Positions 1 through 9,645 of a stretch of 64,000 nt of DNA are shown piece after piece. Every line of letters starts with the position of its first letter. Within the stretch, counting starts at the first letter, position 1. This DNA is from Thermoanaerobaculia bacterium (GTDB lineage: Bacteria; Acidobacteriota; Thermoanaerobaculia; UBA5066). The notes beneath the pieces were generated by a model. It did not search any database, had not been told where the DNA came from, and saw only the letters and a list, made by a program, of their open reading frames with translations. The DNA is taken from contig CAWGCY010000004.1 of assembly GCA_963821225.1 (NCBI GenBank), forward strand, positions 401,595 to 465,594. Reading direction: 5' to 3'. The translations under genes and the position numbers were made by a program.

Positions 1-83
1 TGGGCATGTACACCTTCAGCAAGCGTCGCGACGAGGTCGCGGCGAAAGAGGGCGATGGAAGGCAGGAGGAACGCCATGTCTGA
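1..83 (+). CDS. 3' end of an upstream CDS (partial), possibly the partner subunit of the NrfD-like protein. Function not determinable from 27 residues.
   Basis: Open frame from window edge ending ...GMYTFSKRRDEVAAKEGDGRQEERHV with TGA at 81-83, overlapping the ATG of the next gene (ATGTCTGA). Translational coupling implies the same operon. Confidence 0.3.
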   Translation, partial: GMYTFSKRRDEVAAKEGDGRQEERHV

Positions 84-1305
84 AAACGCCCTGAAACCCG
101 CGCTCTTCGGCGGCCCGTGGATGCGGGAAAACCTCTTCCTCGGGATGACCTTCCGCGAGTACGTCAAGAGCCTCGTGACGCCGGTCAATGCGATCGCGAC
201 GGCGATCCTCCTCGTGGGACTTCCCACGATTGCGTACCGGTTCTGGAGAGGCCTCGGCGCCGCCACGAACCTGTCGCAGACGAACGCATGGGGCATCTGG
301 GTCGCCTTCGACGTCGTGTGCGGCGTCGCGCTCGCGGCGGGCGGCTACACGGTCGCCTGCGCGGTCTACATCTTCGGCCAGAAAGCGCTGCGGCCGATCC
401 TCCGCCCCGCGATTCTGACCGGGTTCCTCGGTTACGCGCTCGTCCTCCTCGGACTCGTCGTGGACCTCGGCCAGCCGTGGCGGCTGCCCTACCAGTTCTT
501 CCTGACGCCCGGCACGACGGCCGTCATGTACGAGGTCGGCTGGTGCGTCTTTCTGTATCTGATGGTGCTCGGGCTCGAGTTCGCGCCCGCGGCGCTCGAG
601 TGGCTCGGCCTCGTCAAGCTGCGCCGGCTCCTCGGGTCGCTGACGATCGGCATCATCGTCGTCGGGGTCACGCTCTCGACGCTCCACCAGTCCTCGCTCG
701 GCGCCTTCTTCCTCATGACGCCGGGCAAGCTGCACCCGCTCTGGTACTCGTCGTTCCTGCCGGTCTTCTTCTTCGTATCGAGTCTCGCGGCGGGTATCGG
801 CATGGTGGTCGTGGAGAGCGCGCTTTCCCACCGCGCGTTCCACGACCGGCTCGATCCGGCCGCTGCCGTGGACCTCGACCGCATCACGCTTTCCCTCGCG
901 AAGGGCGGCGCGATCGTCCTGTTCGCTTACTTCTTCATCCGACTGCAGGGCCTCGTGCAGGGCGGCCGTTTCGACCTCCTCGCGACCGGCTGGGGCGCCT
1001 GGTATCTCCTCGAGATGCTCGGCTTCGTCCTCCTGCCGTCGCTCATGTTCGCCTTCGCGGCGCGGCGAAAGAGCGCGAGGCTGGCCCGGATCGCCGGCGT
1101 CCTCACGGTCCTCGGCGTGATCCTCAACCGCTTCAACGTCTCGCTCATCGCCTTCAACTGGAACGTTCCGGACCGCTACGTTCCGAGCGTCGCCGAGATC
1201 GTCACGTCGCTCACGATCGTGACGATCGGCGTCCTGATCTTCCGCTGGATCGTGAATCGCATGCCGGTGGTGAACGAGCATCCCGACTGGCGCGGCGCCC
1301 ACTGA
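76..1305 (+). CDS. NrfD/PsrC-family polytopic membrane subunit (quinone-interacting subunit of CISM-type complexes)
   Basis: GGAGG RBS 8 nt upstream of ATG at 76 (the track ORF starts at 55). ~410 aa with about 8-10 predicted TM helices rich in G/A/L/V/W/Y, typical NrfD/PsrC/HybB topology. Coupled to upstream partial CDS. Confidence 0.6.
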   Translation: MSENALKPALFGGPWMRENLFLGMTFREYVKSLVTPVNAIATAILLVGLPTIAYRFWRGLGAATNLSQTNAWGIWVAFDVVCGVALAAGGYTVACAVYIFGQKALRPILRPAILTGFLGYALVLLGLVVDLGQPWRLPYQFFLTPGTTAVMYEVGWCVFLYLMVLGLEFAPAALEWLGLVKLRRLLGSLTIGIIVVGVTLSTLHQSSLGAFFLMTPGKLHPLWYSSFLPVFFFVSSLAAGIGMVVVESALSHRAFHDRLDPAAAVDLDRITLSLAKGGAIVLFAYFFIRLQGLVQGGRFDLLATGWGAWYLLEMLGFVLLPSLMFAFAARRKSARLARIAGVLTVLGVILNRFNVSLIAFNWNVPDRYVPSVAEIVTSLTIVTIGVLIFRWIVNRMPVVNEHPDWRGAH

Positions 1306-1323
1306 GAGGGGAGAAAAAGAGCC

Positions 1324-1992
1324 ATGAACGAAACCGAACTTCTCAGCCCTTACACCGCGAAGGCCGTCGAATACGTCCTCGCGATCTCGTACCTCCTCCT
1401 CTTCATCCCCTTCTGGCGCTTCGTCCAGGGGGAGGCGGTTCCGGCGCACGCCCTCGGCTTCGGCTGGTTCCAGGTCCCGAACGGCGTCCATCTCCATGCC
1501 GGCCACGCCTGGGCGCGCCCGGAAGGCGGTGCGGTGGAGGTCGGCCTCGACGACTTTGCCCACAAGCTCGTGGGCCCGCTCGAGGCGGTGCGCTTTCCCG
1601 AGATCGGCGCGCCGGTGCGCCAGGGCCAGAAAGCCTTCACGATCGTGGCCGGCGGCCAGCCGCTCGACGTGCTCTCCCCGGTGGACGGCCACGTCGTCGC
1701 GTTGAACGAGGCCATTCGCGCGCATCCGGCCGAGGCGCTGCGCGATCCGTACGGCGCCGGGTGGCTCATGAAGGTCGAGCCGCGCTGGCTGACCGGCAAC
1801 CTCAAGAACCTGTTCTCGGGAGACGCGGCCCGCCGATTCCTCGACGCCGCGGCGGGAAAGCTGGCCCAACGCCTCACGCCGCAACTCGGAGTCGTCCTGC
1901 AGGACGGCGGAACGCCGGTGCACGGCATCGCGCGAGCTCTCGACGAGGACCACTGGGACGAGCTGGCCCGGCGGTTCCTCGAGGGAAAGTGA
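1324..1992 (+). CDS. Membrane-anchored glycine-cleavage H-protein-like (GcvH-fold) protein lacking the lipoyl-lysine
   Basis: N-terminal TM helix, then HAWARPEGGAVEVGLDDFAHKLVG...PEIGAPV...LSPVDGHVVALNEAI...DPYGAGWLMKV, matching the GcvH signature (HxW..vGitdfAq.lG...PevG...sPvsGevvevN...PY..GWl.k). The position aligned to the lipoyl-Lys (ESVKA) is Gly. Confidence 0.55.
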   Translation: MNETELLSPYTAKAVEYVLAISYLLLFIPFWRFVQGEAVPAHALGFGWFQVPNGVHLHAGHAWARPEGGAVEVGLDDFAHKLVGPLEAVRFPEIGAPVRQGQKAFTIVAGGQPLDVLSPVDGHVVALNEAIRAHPAEALRDPYGAGWLMKVEPRWLTGNLKNLFSGDAARRFLDAAAGKLAQRLTPQLGVVLQDGGTPVHGIARALDEDHWDELARRFLEGK

Positions 1993-2002
1993 GGCGGCCG
2001 TC

Positions 2003-2353
2003 ATGAGACATCTCCGACTCATCGTTGTCCTCCTGACGCTCGGGCTGGCCGGGGCGGTTCTCGCGGCCGGTCTCGCCCGCCTTCCGAACGACCGCGCGCT
2101 CCCGCAGGGAACGGACAGCCCGGGCGTCGTGACGTTCCGACACTCGTCGCACGTCGACGTGGCGAAGCCCGACTGCACGACCTGCCATCCGGCGCTGTTC
2201 CCGATCCTCCGCCGTTCCGACGCCCTGGCGGCCCCCCGACTCAATCACAAGGACATGGAGAAAGGCGTCGCCTGCGGCAAGTGCCACGACGGCAAGAGCG
2301 CGCATGGATTCGATGATTGCGCCACCTGCCACGCCGTTCCGAAAGAGAGGTGA
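2003..2353 (+). CDS. Small membrane-anchored tri-heme c-type cytochrome (cytochrome c3/DsrJ-like)
   Basis: Signal/anchor helix then three CXXCH motifs (CTTCH, CGKCH, CATCH) in 116 aa. Sits between the two GcvH-like genes. Confidence 0.7.
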   Translation: MRHLRLIVVLLTLGLAGAVLAAGLARLPNDRALPQGTDSPGVVTFRHSSHVDVAKPDCTTCHPALFPILRRSDALAAPRLNHKDMEKGVACGKCHDGKSAHGFDDCATCHAVPKER

Positions 2354-2358
2354 GCACC

Positions 2359-3069
2359 ATGGAAGCTCTCCTGACGTTCCTCGAGGGTACCGTCATCTTC
2401 GTGGCGGGCCTCATCATCCGCCTTCTCCTTCTCATCGCGTTCGTGGCCGCCGCCCTCCTGCCCATCCTCGCCGGGTGGGGCGTCTACCGCCTGGCCGAGC
2501 GGACGATCCGGCGCCTCAGGGCGCGCCAGCTCGGCCTCGTGGACGTCGACGGCCTCGTTCTCGCGGAGCGCCGCCGTTACACGCCCGCCCACGCCTGGCT
2601 GGAAGAGAAAGGCGGCCGCCTGCGGGTGGGTCTCGACGGTCTCGCCGGACACCTCCTTCACGGCGTCACCGCCGTACAGCTTCCGCAGCCTGGAAGCATG
2701 CTGGCCGCCGGGCGCGTGGCCGTGACGGTCGCGTGTGGCGCGCGGACGGCGGTCATCCCCTCGCCCGTGACGGGCACGGTGGTGGCCGTGAACAGCGCCG
2801 TGCGCCGCCGCCCTTCTCTGGTCGAGTCCTCGCCTTACGGGAGAGGCTGGCTCTTCTCGGTGCGGCCTGCCTCCGACACGTATCGCAGCTTCCCGACGGG
2901 TGCGAAGGCGCGCGCCTGGTTCCACGCCGACGAGACGCGGCTCGCGCATTTCCTCGAAGGCGAGCTCGGCCTCGCGGCGGCGGACGGCGGCGAGCTGGTC
3001 CTGCCTCCTCCGGCCCTGCTTTCCGAGGATCAATGGCACCGGGCGGTGTCCAACTTCCTCGAGTCCTGA
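2359..3069 (+). CDS. Second membrane-anchored GcvH-fold protein lacking lipoyl-lysine
   Basis: RBS GAGAGG before ATG at 2359 (MEALLTFLEG). Two N-terminal TM helices, then AHAWLEEKGGRLRVGLDGLAGHLLHGV...SPVTGTVVAVNSAV...SPYGRGWLFSV, the GcvH pattern with no Lys at the lipoylation position. Confidence 0.55.
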   Translation: MEALLTFLEGTVIFVAGLIIRLLLLIAFVAAALLPILAGWGVYRLAERTIRRLRARQLGLVDVDGLVLAERRRYTPAHAWLEEKGGRLRVGLDGLAGHLLHGVTAVQLPQPGSMLAAGRVAVTVACGARTAVIPSPVTGTVVAVNSAVRRRPSLVESSPYGRGWLFSVRPASDTYRSFPTGAKARAWFHADETRLAHFLEGELGLAAADGGELVLPPPALLSEDQWHRAVSNFLES

Positions 3070-3096
3070 CTGCCCCTACGGCGCGGTTCCCCGCCA

Positions 3097-3140
3097 AGGC
3101 CGCCCCTCCGGGGGCGGCCTTCTTCTGTCAAGATCGGAGC
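3097..3140 (+). terminator. Rho-independent terminator after the NrfD/GcvH-like/cytochrome operon
   Basis: Perfect 11-bp stem AAGGCCGCCCC-TCC-GGGGCGGCCTT followed by CTTCTGTC, directly after the stop at 3069. Confidence 0.5.
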
Positions 3141-3159
3141 CGGAAAAAGGAGACCTCCC

Positions 3160-3999
3160 ATGCGCCGATCCGTCCTCGTCGTCGCGCTCGTCCTTCTCGC
3201 GGGTTGCGCGAAGAAGCCCGCCGCTCCCGCCGCCGCTTCGAGTCCGGCTGCGGTGATCCCTCAGGCCCCTCAGCCCGCTCTCGCCACGGTATCGGGAGTC
3301 GTCGAAGAGACGCTCGACGCCTCCGACTACACGTACATGCGCCTTGAAACCTCCGGCGGCGAGATCTGGGCCGCCGTCACGAAGACCTCCGTGAAGAAGG
3401 GCGACCAGGTCACGGTCGTAAACGCGATGTCGATGGACGGCTTCGAAAGCAGGACGCTGAACCGGAAGTTCGATCACATCGTGTTCGGCATGATCGGCGG
3501 CGGAACGGCCGGCGCTCTGCCCCAGGGCGCGCCCCCGGGACTGGTATCGGCGCACGGCTCCGCCTCGGAACCTCCTCAGCCCGCCCAGATGGCCGCGCAA
3601 CACGCCGCGGTTGCGGGCGGCCCGGCGGAGACCGGTGACGTCGCGGTCGCGAAGGCCGAAGGCAAGGACGCGCGCACCGTGGCGCAGGTCTTCGCGGAGC
3701 GCCTTTCGCTGAAGGACAAGATCGTGTCCGTGCGGGGCAAGGTCGTGAAGGCGAACTCCTCGATCATGGGCCGGACCTGGATTCACATTCGCGACGGCTC
3801 GGGTTCACGCGAAAAGAAGGACGACGACCTGACGGTGACGACCCAGGACAGCGCGGCCGTCGGCGACATCGTGGTCGTAAGGGGCGTCGTTCACGTCGAC
3901 CGCGATTTCGGCGCCGGCTACGCGTACCCGGCCGTCCTGGAGGACGCGAAGGTCACGCGCGAGCCGGCCTCGACGCGAGCGGACGCGACACGTCGGTGA
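3160..3999 (+). CDS. Lipoprotein with two tandem OB-fold (BOF/YgiW-like) domains
   Basis: AGGAGA RBS. Signal peptide with lipobox LLAGC. Two internal repeats ([30 protein letters not shown]...GDQVTVV and [28 protein letters not shown]...[10 protein letters not shown]) resembling the YgiW/BOF OB-fold. Confidence 0.45.
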   Translation: MRRSVLVVALVLLAGCAKKPAAPAAASSPAAVIPQAPQPALATVSGVVEETLDASDYTYMRLETSGGEIWAAVTKTSVKKGDQVTVVNAMSMDGFESRTLNRKFDHIVFGMIGGGTAGALPQGAPPGLVSAHGSASEPPQPAQMAAQHAAVAGGPAETGDVAVAKAEGKDARTVAQVFAERLSLKDKIVSVRGKVVKANSSIMGRTWIHIRDGSGSREKKDDDLTVTTQDSAAVGDIVVVRGVVHVDRDFGAGYAYPAVLEDAKVTREPASTRADATRR

Positions 4000-5888
4000 T
4001 TCCGCTCGGGGCCGACCTCGCCGGCTATCAGGGACAGCCCGGCTCTTTCGGCGCCCGCGCGGCGGCGCGCTGCGGGAAGCCGGTAGCCTTCCCCACCTTC
4101 GAGCGCACGCTGCGTGCGCTCCTCGCCGGCGAGATCGGGTGCGCCGTGCTGCCCGCGGTCAACCGCGTGGACGGGCCGATCCTCGAGTCCCTGGATGCGC
4201 TCGCCCGCTCGCTCCTGGAGCCGGAATCCGCGATCGCCGTCGGGGCCGAGATCGAAGTGCCCGTGAGGCTCGTTCTTGCTGCGCCGGAGGGCCTCGCCCT
4301 GGAGGCCGTGCGCGAGGTCCATTCCCAGGCCGCGGTGCTCAGGCAGTGCCGCCATCTTCTCGCGCGCCTCGACGCGATCGGGATCGACACGCACGACACG
4401 GCGTACGCGGCCTTTCGCGTGAAGGAAGCCGGAGGGCCTCGAGCAGCCGTCTGCTCGGAGGAGGCGGCGCTCGAGGCCGGCCTGCTCATCCTCGAGGAGG
4501 ACGTCTCGGACGTCCGTCCGAACACGACGCGATTCTGGAAGCTCGTCCTCGCCGGCACGACGGCGGATGCCGTTCCGGCGGACGATGCCGCGCCTGACGC
4601 CCCCGCGCCGCGCGTGGTCTTCTACGCCGGCGTCCGGGCGTCTTCCGCGTTGGCGGAAGCCGGCGCCGAACTCCTCTCGCTGCCGGGCACGCCGGCCGAT
4701 CCGGTTCGCGGCTTCGCGGTCGTGCCCGAGAAGAACGTGACGCGGGCCTCGGCGGGCACGGGCAGGCCCGCAGCGGGCGAGCGCGTGATCTGGCTCGGGC
4801 CCGCCCCGGAGTTCGTGCGTCCTCCGCGGATGCGCGACATCCCGAGAGTGACGGAGGTGCGCGATCCGAGCGTCGTCGCCGTGGGGCCTTTCGTCGTCGG
4901 CGGAGGGCACCGCGCGGTGATCGCGGGTCCGTGCGCGGTCGAATCGCCCGAGCAGGTCGCGCGTCTGGCGCGCGCGGTCGCGCGCGCCGGCGCGACCGCG
5001 CTCCGCGGCGGCGTCTTCAAACCGCGCACGTCCCCCTATTCGTTCCAGGGACACGGCCTCGAAGCTCTCGGCTGGCTTAAGGATGCGGGAGACGCTGCGG
5101 GGCTTCCCATCGTGACGGAAGTGATGGCCCCCGCGCAGGTCGGCCCGGTGGCCGAGCGGGCCGACGTGCTGCAGATCGGCGCCCGGAACTGCCAGAACTA
5201 CGACCTCCTCAAGGAAGCGGGCAGAAGCCCCCGCCCCGTCTTCCTGAAACGCGGGTTCGGAACGACCGTCGAGGAGTGGCTCTCCTCGGCCGAGTACCTC
5301 CTCGACGCGGGCTGCAAGGACGTGATCCTCTGCGAGCGGGGCATCCGCACGTTCGAAAAGGCGACGCGGGGGACGCTCGATCTCGGCGGCCTCCTCGCGG
5401 CGCGCAGTCTCACGCATCTCCCGCTCTTCGCCGACCCCTCGCATGCCGCGGGCCGGCGCGACCTCGTGCCGGGCCTCGCACGCGCGGCGTGGGGCGCGGG
5501 CGTGGACGGACTCATGATCGAGGTCCACGATGCCCCCGAATCCGCGCTCTCCGACGGGCCACAGGCTCTCTTGCCCGAGGACCTCGAGGAGCTGCTTGAC
5601 GAATTCGGCATCCTGCCGGGCATGAGCGGCTCGGTGGAGAGGATCCGGCGCGCGATCGACGTCGTCGACGGCGGCATCGCACGGCTTGCCGCGCAGAGAC
5701 TGGAGCTCGCACGGCGCGTGGGCGCCGTCAAGAAAGCTTCCGGCCGCCCGATTCGCGACGAGGCGCGCGAGGCGAGCGTGCGTGCGCGTTTCGCCGAGGC
5801 GCTTGGAGGTGACACGCCGGCCGCGATGCGGCTCGTGGACACGCTCATCGACCTCGCTCTGGAAGCGGAGAAGCCCGGCGACGCGTGA
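3996..5888 (+). CDS. Tri-domain fusion: prephenate dehydratase (PDT) + DAHP synthase (3-deoxy-7-phosphoheptulonate synthase, class I-beta) + AroQ chorismate mutase
   Basis: N-terminal region has PDT motifs (ESLDAL...[13 protein letters not shown]...TRFWKL). The middle has the DAHPS/KDO8PS-like TIM barrel ([10 protein letters not shown]...[17 protein letters not shown]...[13 protein letters not shown]). The C-terminus has an AroQ chorismate mutase helix bundle ([31 protein letters not shown]...). Start overlaps the stop of the lipoprotein gene (GTGA). Confidence 0.75.
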   Translation: MIPLGADLAGYQGQPGSFGARAAARCGKPVAFPTFERTLRALLAGEIGCAVLPAVNRVDGPILESLDALARSLLEPESAIAVGAEIEVPVRLVLAAPEGLALEAVREVHSQAAVLRQCRHLLARLDAIGIDTHDTAYAAFRVKEAGGPRAAVCSEEAALEAGLLILEEDVSDVRPNTTRFWKLVLAGTTADAVPADDAAPDAPAPRVVFYAGVRASSALAEAGAELLSLPGTPADPVRGFAVVPEKNVTRASAGTGRPAAGERVIWLGPAPEFVRPPRMRDIPRVTEVRDPSVVAVGPFVVGGGHRAVIAGPCAVESPEQVARLARAVARAGATALRGGVFKPRTSPYSFQGHGLEALGWLKDAGDAAGLPIVTEVMAPAQVGPVAERADVLQIGARNCQNYDLLKEAGRSPRPVFLKRGFGTTVEEWLSSAEYLLDAGCKDVILCERGIRTFEKATRGTLDLGGLLAARSLTHLPLFADPSHAAGRRDLVPGLARAAWGAGVDGLMIEVHDAPESALSDGPQALLPEDLEELLDEFGILPGMSGSVERIRRAIDVVDGGIARLAAQRLELARRVGAVKKASGRPIRDEAREASVRARFAEALGGDTPAAMRLVDTLIDLALEAEKPGDA

Positions 5889-5925
5889 AAGACGATCATC
5901 GCGTCGCCGGTGGCGCCCGAACGCC

Positions 5926-6822
5926 TTACTTCTTGTCGGCCGGCTTGGCCTCCCCCTTCGGCGCGGACACGGCCTTCTTCGCGGGCGCGGCGGCCTTCGC
6001 CTCCCGCTTCGGCGTCCAGAACTCCGGGTCCCGGGCCACGAACTCCTTCGAGGGATAGCTCATCGCGGGGCTAAAGGCGAAGATGGTGCTCTCCACGGTC
6101 GCGTACCCGTCGGACGCCATCTTCGCGAGAGCCTTCTCGTTCTCCGGGCCCTCGGCCTCCCGGAGCGCCCCGGCGCGCGCGACCGCGGCGTCGATCTCGG
6201 ACAAGGATTTCATCGGGGAAAGAATCATGAACGTCGGACCGGGCATCCCGCCCGTGATCTGGTAGGCCGCCCACGGCAGGTCGATCTTCGCCTTCTCGTA
6301 CGCGCCCTTCACGATCTTCACGGCATCCTGGAAGTCGTTCTCGTGTCCGGGGCGCACCCGGAACGTGAGCATGCGGAAATACCGCATCTTCGGGATGTCG
6401 ACGGGGCCGCCCGCGCTCAGATCCTCGCGCAGGACGGCGACGAGGCTCCGCGAATTCGTCAGCAGCTCTCCGTCCTTCTCGATGAGTCTGTCGAGCTCGG
6501 CTGTGAACGCCTTGTTGTTCTCGGTGTCGTTTCGATCCTTCTCCCACGCGGCGAAGGAGGGGTACCCCGTCAGGAACCAGGCCTCGGTCGGGCCCGTGAT
6601 CGTCGTCAGGGCGATGTAATGGGTCGGCCAGTTCGCCCGGGCCGACGCTGCTACGAAGCCCTTCTCGACCTGGGCGTGCGCGGCGCCCTTCCCGGCCTTG
6701 ACCTCCTCGCGATATATCTGGAGGACCTTCGGGGGCCCTGGGGGAGCGGGACTCTCGGCGGCGCGCAGCGGGAACGCGACAAGAGACACCAGAAGCGTGC
6801 TGGCGAGGGAGATCTTCTTCAT
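5926..6822 (-). CDS. Secreted hypothetical protein with Lys/Ala-rich C-terminal tail
   Basis: Signal peptide MKKISLASTLLVSLVAFPLRAA. 298 aa. C-terminal KAAAPAKKAVSAPKGEAKPADKK. No recognisable catalytic motifs. Confidence 0.45.
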   Translation of the reverse strand: MKKISLASTLLVSLVAFPLRAAESPAPPGPPKVLQIYREEVKAGKGAAHAQVEKGFVAASARANWPTHYIALTTITGPTEAWFLTGYPSFAAWEKDRNDTENNKAFTAELDRLIEKDGELLTNSRSLVAVLREDLSAGGPVDIPKMRYFRMLTFRVRPGHENDFQDAVKIVKGAYEKAKIDLPWAAYQITGGMPGPTFMILSPMKSLSEIDAAVARAGALREAEGPENEKALAKMASDGYATVESTIFAFSPAMSYPSKEFVARDPEFWTPKREAKAAAPAKKAVSAPKGEAKPADKK

Positions 6823-6969
6823 CGGAGCCCACCTCCTTAGGGGGCGTGTCGCATGATCTTTCGGTTCGGGTGCGGGAGAGCCTAACCCGAGAACGCGTCT
6901 GAGACAACGTCGCTGAAAACAACGCGTTCACCGTCCGTGCCTTCGAGACGGAGGGCCGAAGGGGGCCGG

Positions 6970-7389
6970 CTACTCCCCGAGAATCTTGATGAGGACGCGC
7001 TTGTCGCGGCGGCCGTCCCACTCGCCGTAGAAGATCCGCTCCCACGTGCCGAAGTCCAGCCGCCCCTTCGTGATGGCGGCGACGACTTCACGGCCCATGA
7101 GCTGCCGCTTGATGTGCGCGTCGGCATTGTCCTCGCCGGTGTCGTTGTGGCGCCACTGAGAAACCGGGTCGTGGGGAACGAGCTTCTCGAAAAAGCGCTC
7201 GTAATCGTGGTGGAGGCCGGCCTCGTCGTCGTTGATGAAGACCGAGGCCGTGATGTGCATCGGGTTGACGAGGCAGAGTCCTTCCTTGACCCCGCTTTCG
7301 TCGATCGCGGACTGGACTTCACCCGTGATGTTCACGAATCCGACTCTGCCGGGGAGATGAAGCGTCAGGATCTTGCGGTGCGATTTCAT
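6970..7389 (-). CDS. yjbQ: YjbQ/UPF0047 family protein (secondary thiamine-phosphate synthase-like)
   Basis: 139 aa: [26 protein letters not shown]...[23 protein letters not shown]...[19 protein letters not shown], characteristic of YjbQ. The ATG at 7389 overlaps the kinase stop (ATGA). Confidence 0.75.
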   Translation of the reverse strand: MKSHRKILTLHLPGRVGFVNITGEVQSAIDESGVKEGLCLVNPMHITASVFINDDEAGLHHDYERFFEKLVPHDPVSQWRHNDTGEDNADAHIKRQLMGREVVAAITKGRLDFGTWERIFYGEWDGRRDKRVLIKILGE

Positions 7390-9539
7390 CCACGGTTCTC
7401 CACGGCCGGGACGCTTTCGAGCGCCTTCATGCCGGCCTCGGCGGCTTTGCGGGCGTCGCTTCCCGGCGCCGCGTTTCTCAGGATTTCCTCGTAGAGGCGA
7501 CGCGCGTCCGAGAGGCGACCCGCGGTTCCGTAGAGCGCCGCGAGGCCGAGACGCGCCTGGTCCGCCTGTGAGGACCCCGGGGCCTTGAGGAGGATCTCCT
7601 CGTAGAGCGTCGTCGCGCGGAGCGCGTTCTTGGCCTTGTCGGCGCCGCGCGCGAGCCGGAGGGTGGCCCTGACTCTCACGTCCGGGTCGCTTGCGCGCGC
7701 CGCTTCCTCGAACGAGCGCTCGGCGGCGTCGTCTTGCCCGAGCGTCTCGAGGACGTCGCCCTTCTTCAGCAAGGCCTCTCCGCGCGAGGCCGGGATCTCG
7801 ATCAGCGCCTCGAGGGCCTTGAGTGCGCGCGATTTGTCCTGCGTCTTGACGGCGAGGTCGGCGATCGTCGAAAGGAGGACGGCGCGCGACTCGGTCTGCG
7901 CCATCTTGGAGGCGGCATCCTCGTAGAACGTGAGGGCGGCAGGGACGCTCTCGCGTTCGAGGAGCGCCCCGCGCTCCAGGACGCGCTCGAGCGTGACGTC
8001 TCCTCCGGCCGGGCGGACGGGGGCGGCGGCGGCCGGCGCCGCCGCGGGAGCCGGCCGCCTCTCTCCCGAAGGGAGGCGCGGAGCCCGCTTCGCCCACCAG
8101 GCGCCGAGCCCGGCGAGCGCGGCGACGACGAGGGTCGCCGCGATCAGGCCGGTGCGGTTCGTCTCCTCGCGCGGGATGGAAGGGACCGTGCGCGGCGTCC
8201 CGCCCGCGGCGAGAGGCACGGCGCGCGTCGCGAATCCGGGTGTCGGCTCGCTGCTCGAAAGAAGCGAGGCGATCTGACCTTGCGTGTACGGGTCTGGCGG
8301 CGCGAGGGCCTGGAGCTTTCGGAAAAAGCGCATGAGGTTCAGGAAGTCGTGTTCGAGGCGGTAGAGCTTCGCGAGCTGCAGGAGGAGGGCGAGGTTGTCG
8401 GGATCCTTTTTCAGCGCCTCCTCGAGCTCGCGGATGCGCGCGTTGTCGAGCGGCTTCTCACGCTGCCCGGCGCGCACGGCCGCGGTGCGCAGGAGCGTCT
8501 GCGCGGCCGGGTCGTCCGGCGTGCAGGCGACCGTCCGGTACGCCGCCCAGAGCGCCTCCTCGGGGCGCGCGTTCGCGTCCTGAAGCAGGCGTTCGGCGGC
8601 AGCGGTGGACTCTTTGGCGAGCAGCCGATTGCGTTCGGCGACGAAGGCGGCGGGGTTCTCGAGGAACGTCCGGAAGTGGATTCCCGGCCGCGTAGAGCCC
8701 TCCTTCTGATAAAGCGTGTCCAGGGCATCGCACGCGGCGTTCGCGCTCGCGAAGCGACGAGAACGGTCCTTCGCATGGAGCTTTCTGAGAAACGTGTCGA
8801 CGGACGGAGGAATCGACGGATCTAGAAGAGACGGCAGGTCGGGCTCGGCGTCCGCGACGCGGCGGAGGGAGGACGCGATGGAGTCGGCCGTGAACGGGTT
8901 GTACCCGCAGAGGAGCTCGTAAAGGACGGTCCCCATCGAGAAGAGGTCGGTCCTCGGGTCCAGCTCCTCTCCCCGCGCCTGCTCGGGCGACATGTGCGCG
9001 GGCGTGCCCACAACGGTTCCCGTGTGCGTGAGGCGCGTGAGGTGCGCGGCATGGCTGATCCCGAAGTCGCCGATCTTCACGCACCCTTCGCGCGTCCACA
9101 TGATGTTCTGCGGCTTGATGTCGCGGTGAATGACGCCCTTCGCGTGAGCCGCGGCGAGCCCGGTGAGGGCCTCCCGGGTGACGAAGAGCGCGATCTCCCA
9201 CGGGAAGCGGCCGCACTGCTTCCGGAGACCGTTCAGCTCGCCGCCATCCACGTATTCCATGACGATGTACGCCTGTTCCGGCGTGGGGCTGCAGTCCACG
9301 AGCTCGACGATGTTCGGGTGCTTGAGGGAGATCTGGATCCGGATCTCGTGGAAGAAGCGGTCGAGGAAGTCGGGATCCGTGGCGATGTGCGGCAGGATCT
9401 TCTTGAGCGCGACCGTCCGGCCGGATTTCTCGTCAACGGCCTCGAAGATCTCCGCCATGCCGCCGAGCGCGATCCGACGCACGATCCGGTAGTGGTCGAT
9501 GCGCTCGAGAGGATGCGACGGACGCGACTCAGGGGACAT
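7386..9539 (-). CDS. Serine/threonine protein kinase with TM segment and C-terminal TPR repeats
   Basis: Hanks kinase subdomains: GGMAEIFEA...[28 protein letters not shown]. Followed by a hydrophobic segment and TPR-like repeats. Confidence 0.8.
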   Translation of the reverse strand: MSPESRPSHPLERIDHYRIVRRIALGGMAEIFEAVDEKSGRTVALKKILPHIATDPDFLDRFFHEIRIQISLKHPNIVELVDCSPTPEQAYIVMEYVDGGELNGLRKQCGRFPWEIALFVTREALTGLAAAHAKGVIHRDIKPQNIMWTREGCVKIGDFGISHAAHLTRLTHTGTVVGTPAHMSPEQARGEELDPRTDLFSMGTVLYELLCGYNPFTADSIASSLRRVADAEPDLPSLLDPSIPPSVDTFLRKLHAKDRSRRFASANAACDALDTLYQKEGSTRPGIHFRTFLENPAAFVAERNRLLAKESTAAAERLLQDANARPEEALWAAYRTVACTPDDPAAQTLLRTAAVRAGQREKPLDNARIRELEEALKKDPDNLALLLQLAKLYRLEHDFLNLMRFFRKLQALAPPDPYTQGQIASLLSSSEPTPGFATRAVPLAAGGTPRTVPSIPREETNRTGLIAATLVVAALAGLGAWWAKRAPRLPSGERRPAPAAAPAAAAPVRPAGGDVTLERVLERGALLERESVPAALTFYEDAASKMAQTESRAVLLSTIADLAVKTQDKSRALKALEALIEIPASRGEALLKKGDVLETLGQDDAAERSFEEAARASDPDVRVRATLRLARGADKAKNALRATTLYEEILLKAPGSSQADQARLGLAALYGTAGRLSDARRLYEEILRNAAPGSDARKAAEAGMKALESVPAVENRG

Positions 9540-9645
9540 TTTTCGAATCTTACGCGTGGGCCGGGATGATCCGAGGACGCGGTGTGATCCGGAATAGAGC
9601 CGGGAGGCGCTCCGCCTCGCCCATCGAGCCCGAAGGAGGTGCCCC

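Noticed and set aside
16-2244. 742-aa antisense ORF (and 117..2006 + 629 aa) spanning the NrfD/GcvH-like cluster
   Set aside because: Arg/Pro/Gly/Asp-rich low-complexity translation, typical of an alternate frame in 70% GC DNA. The sense-strand genes in the same region have clear family signatures and RBSs.
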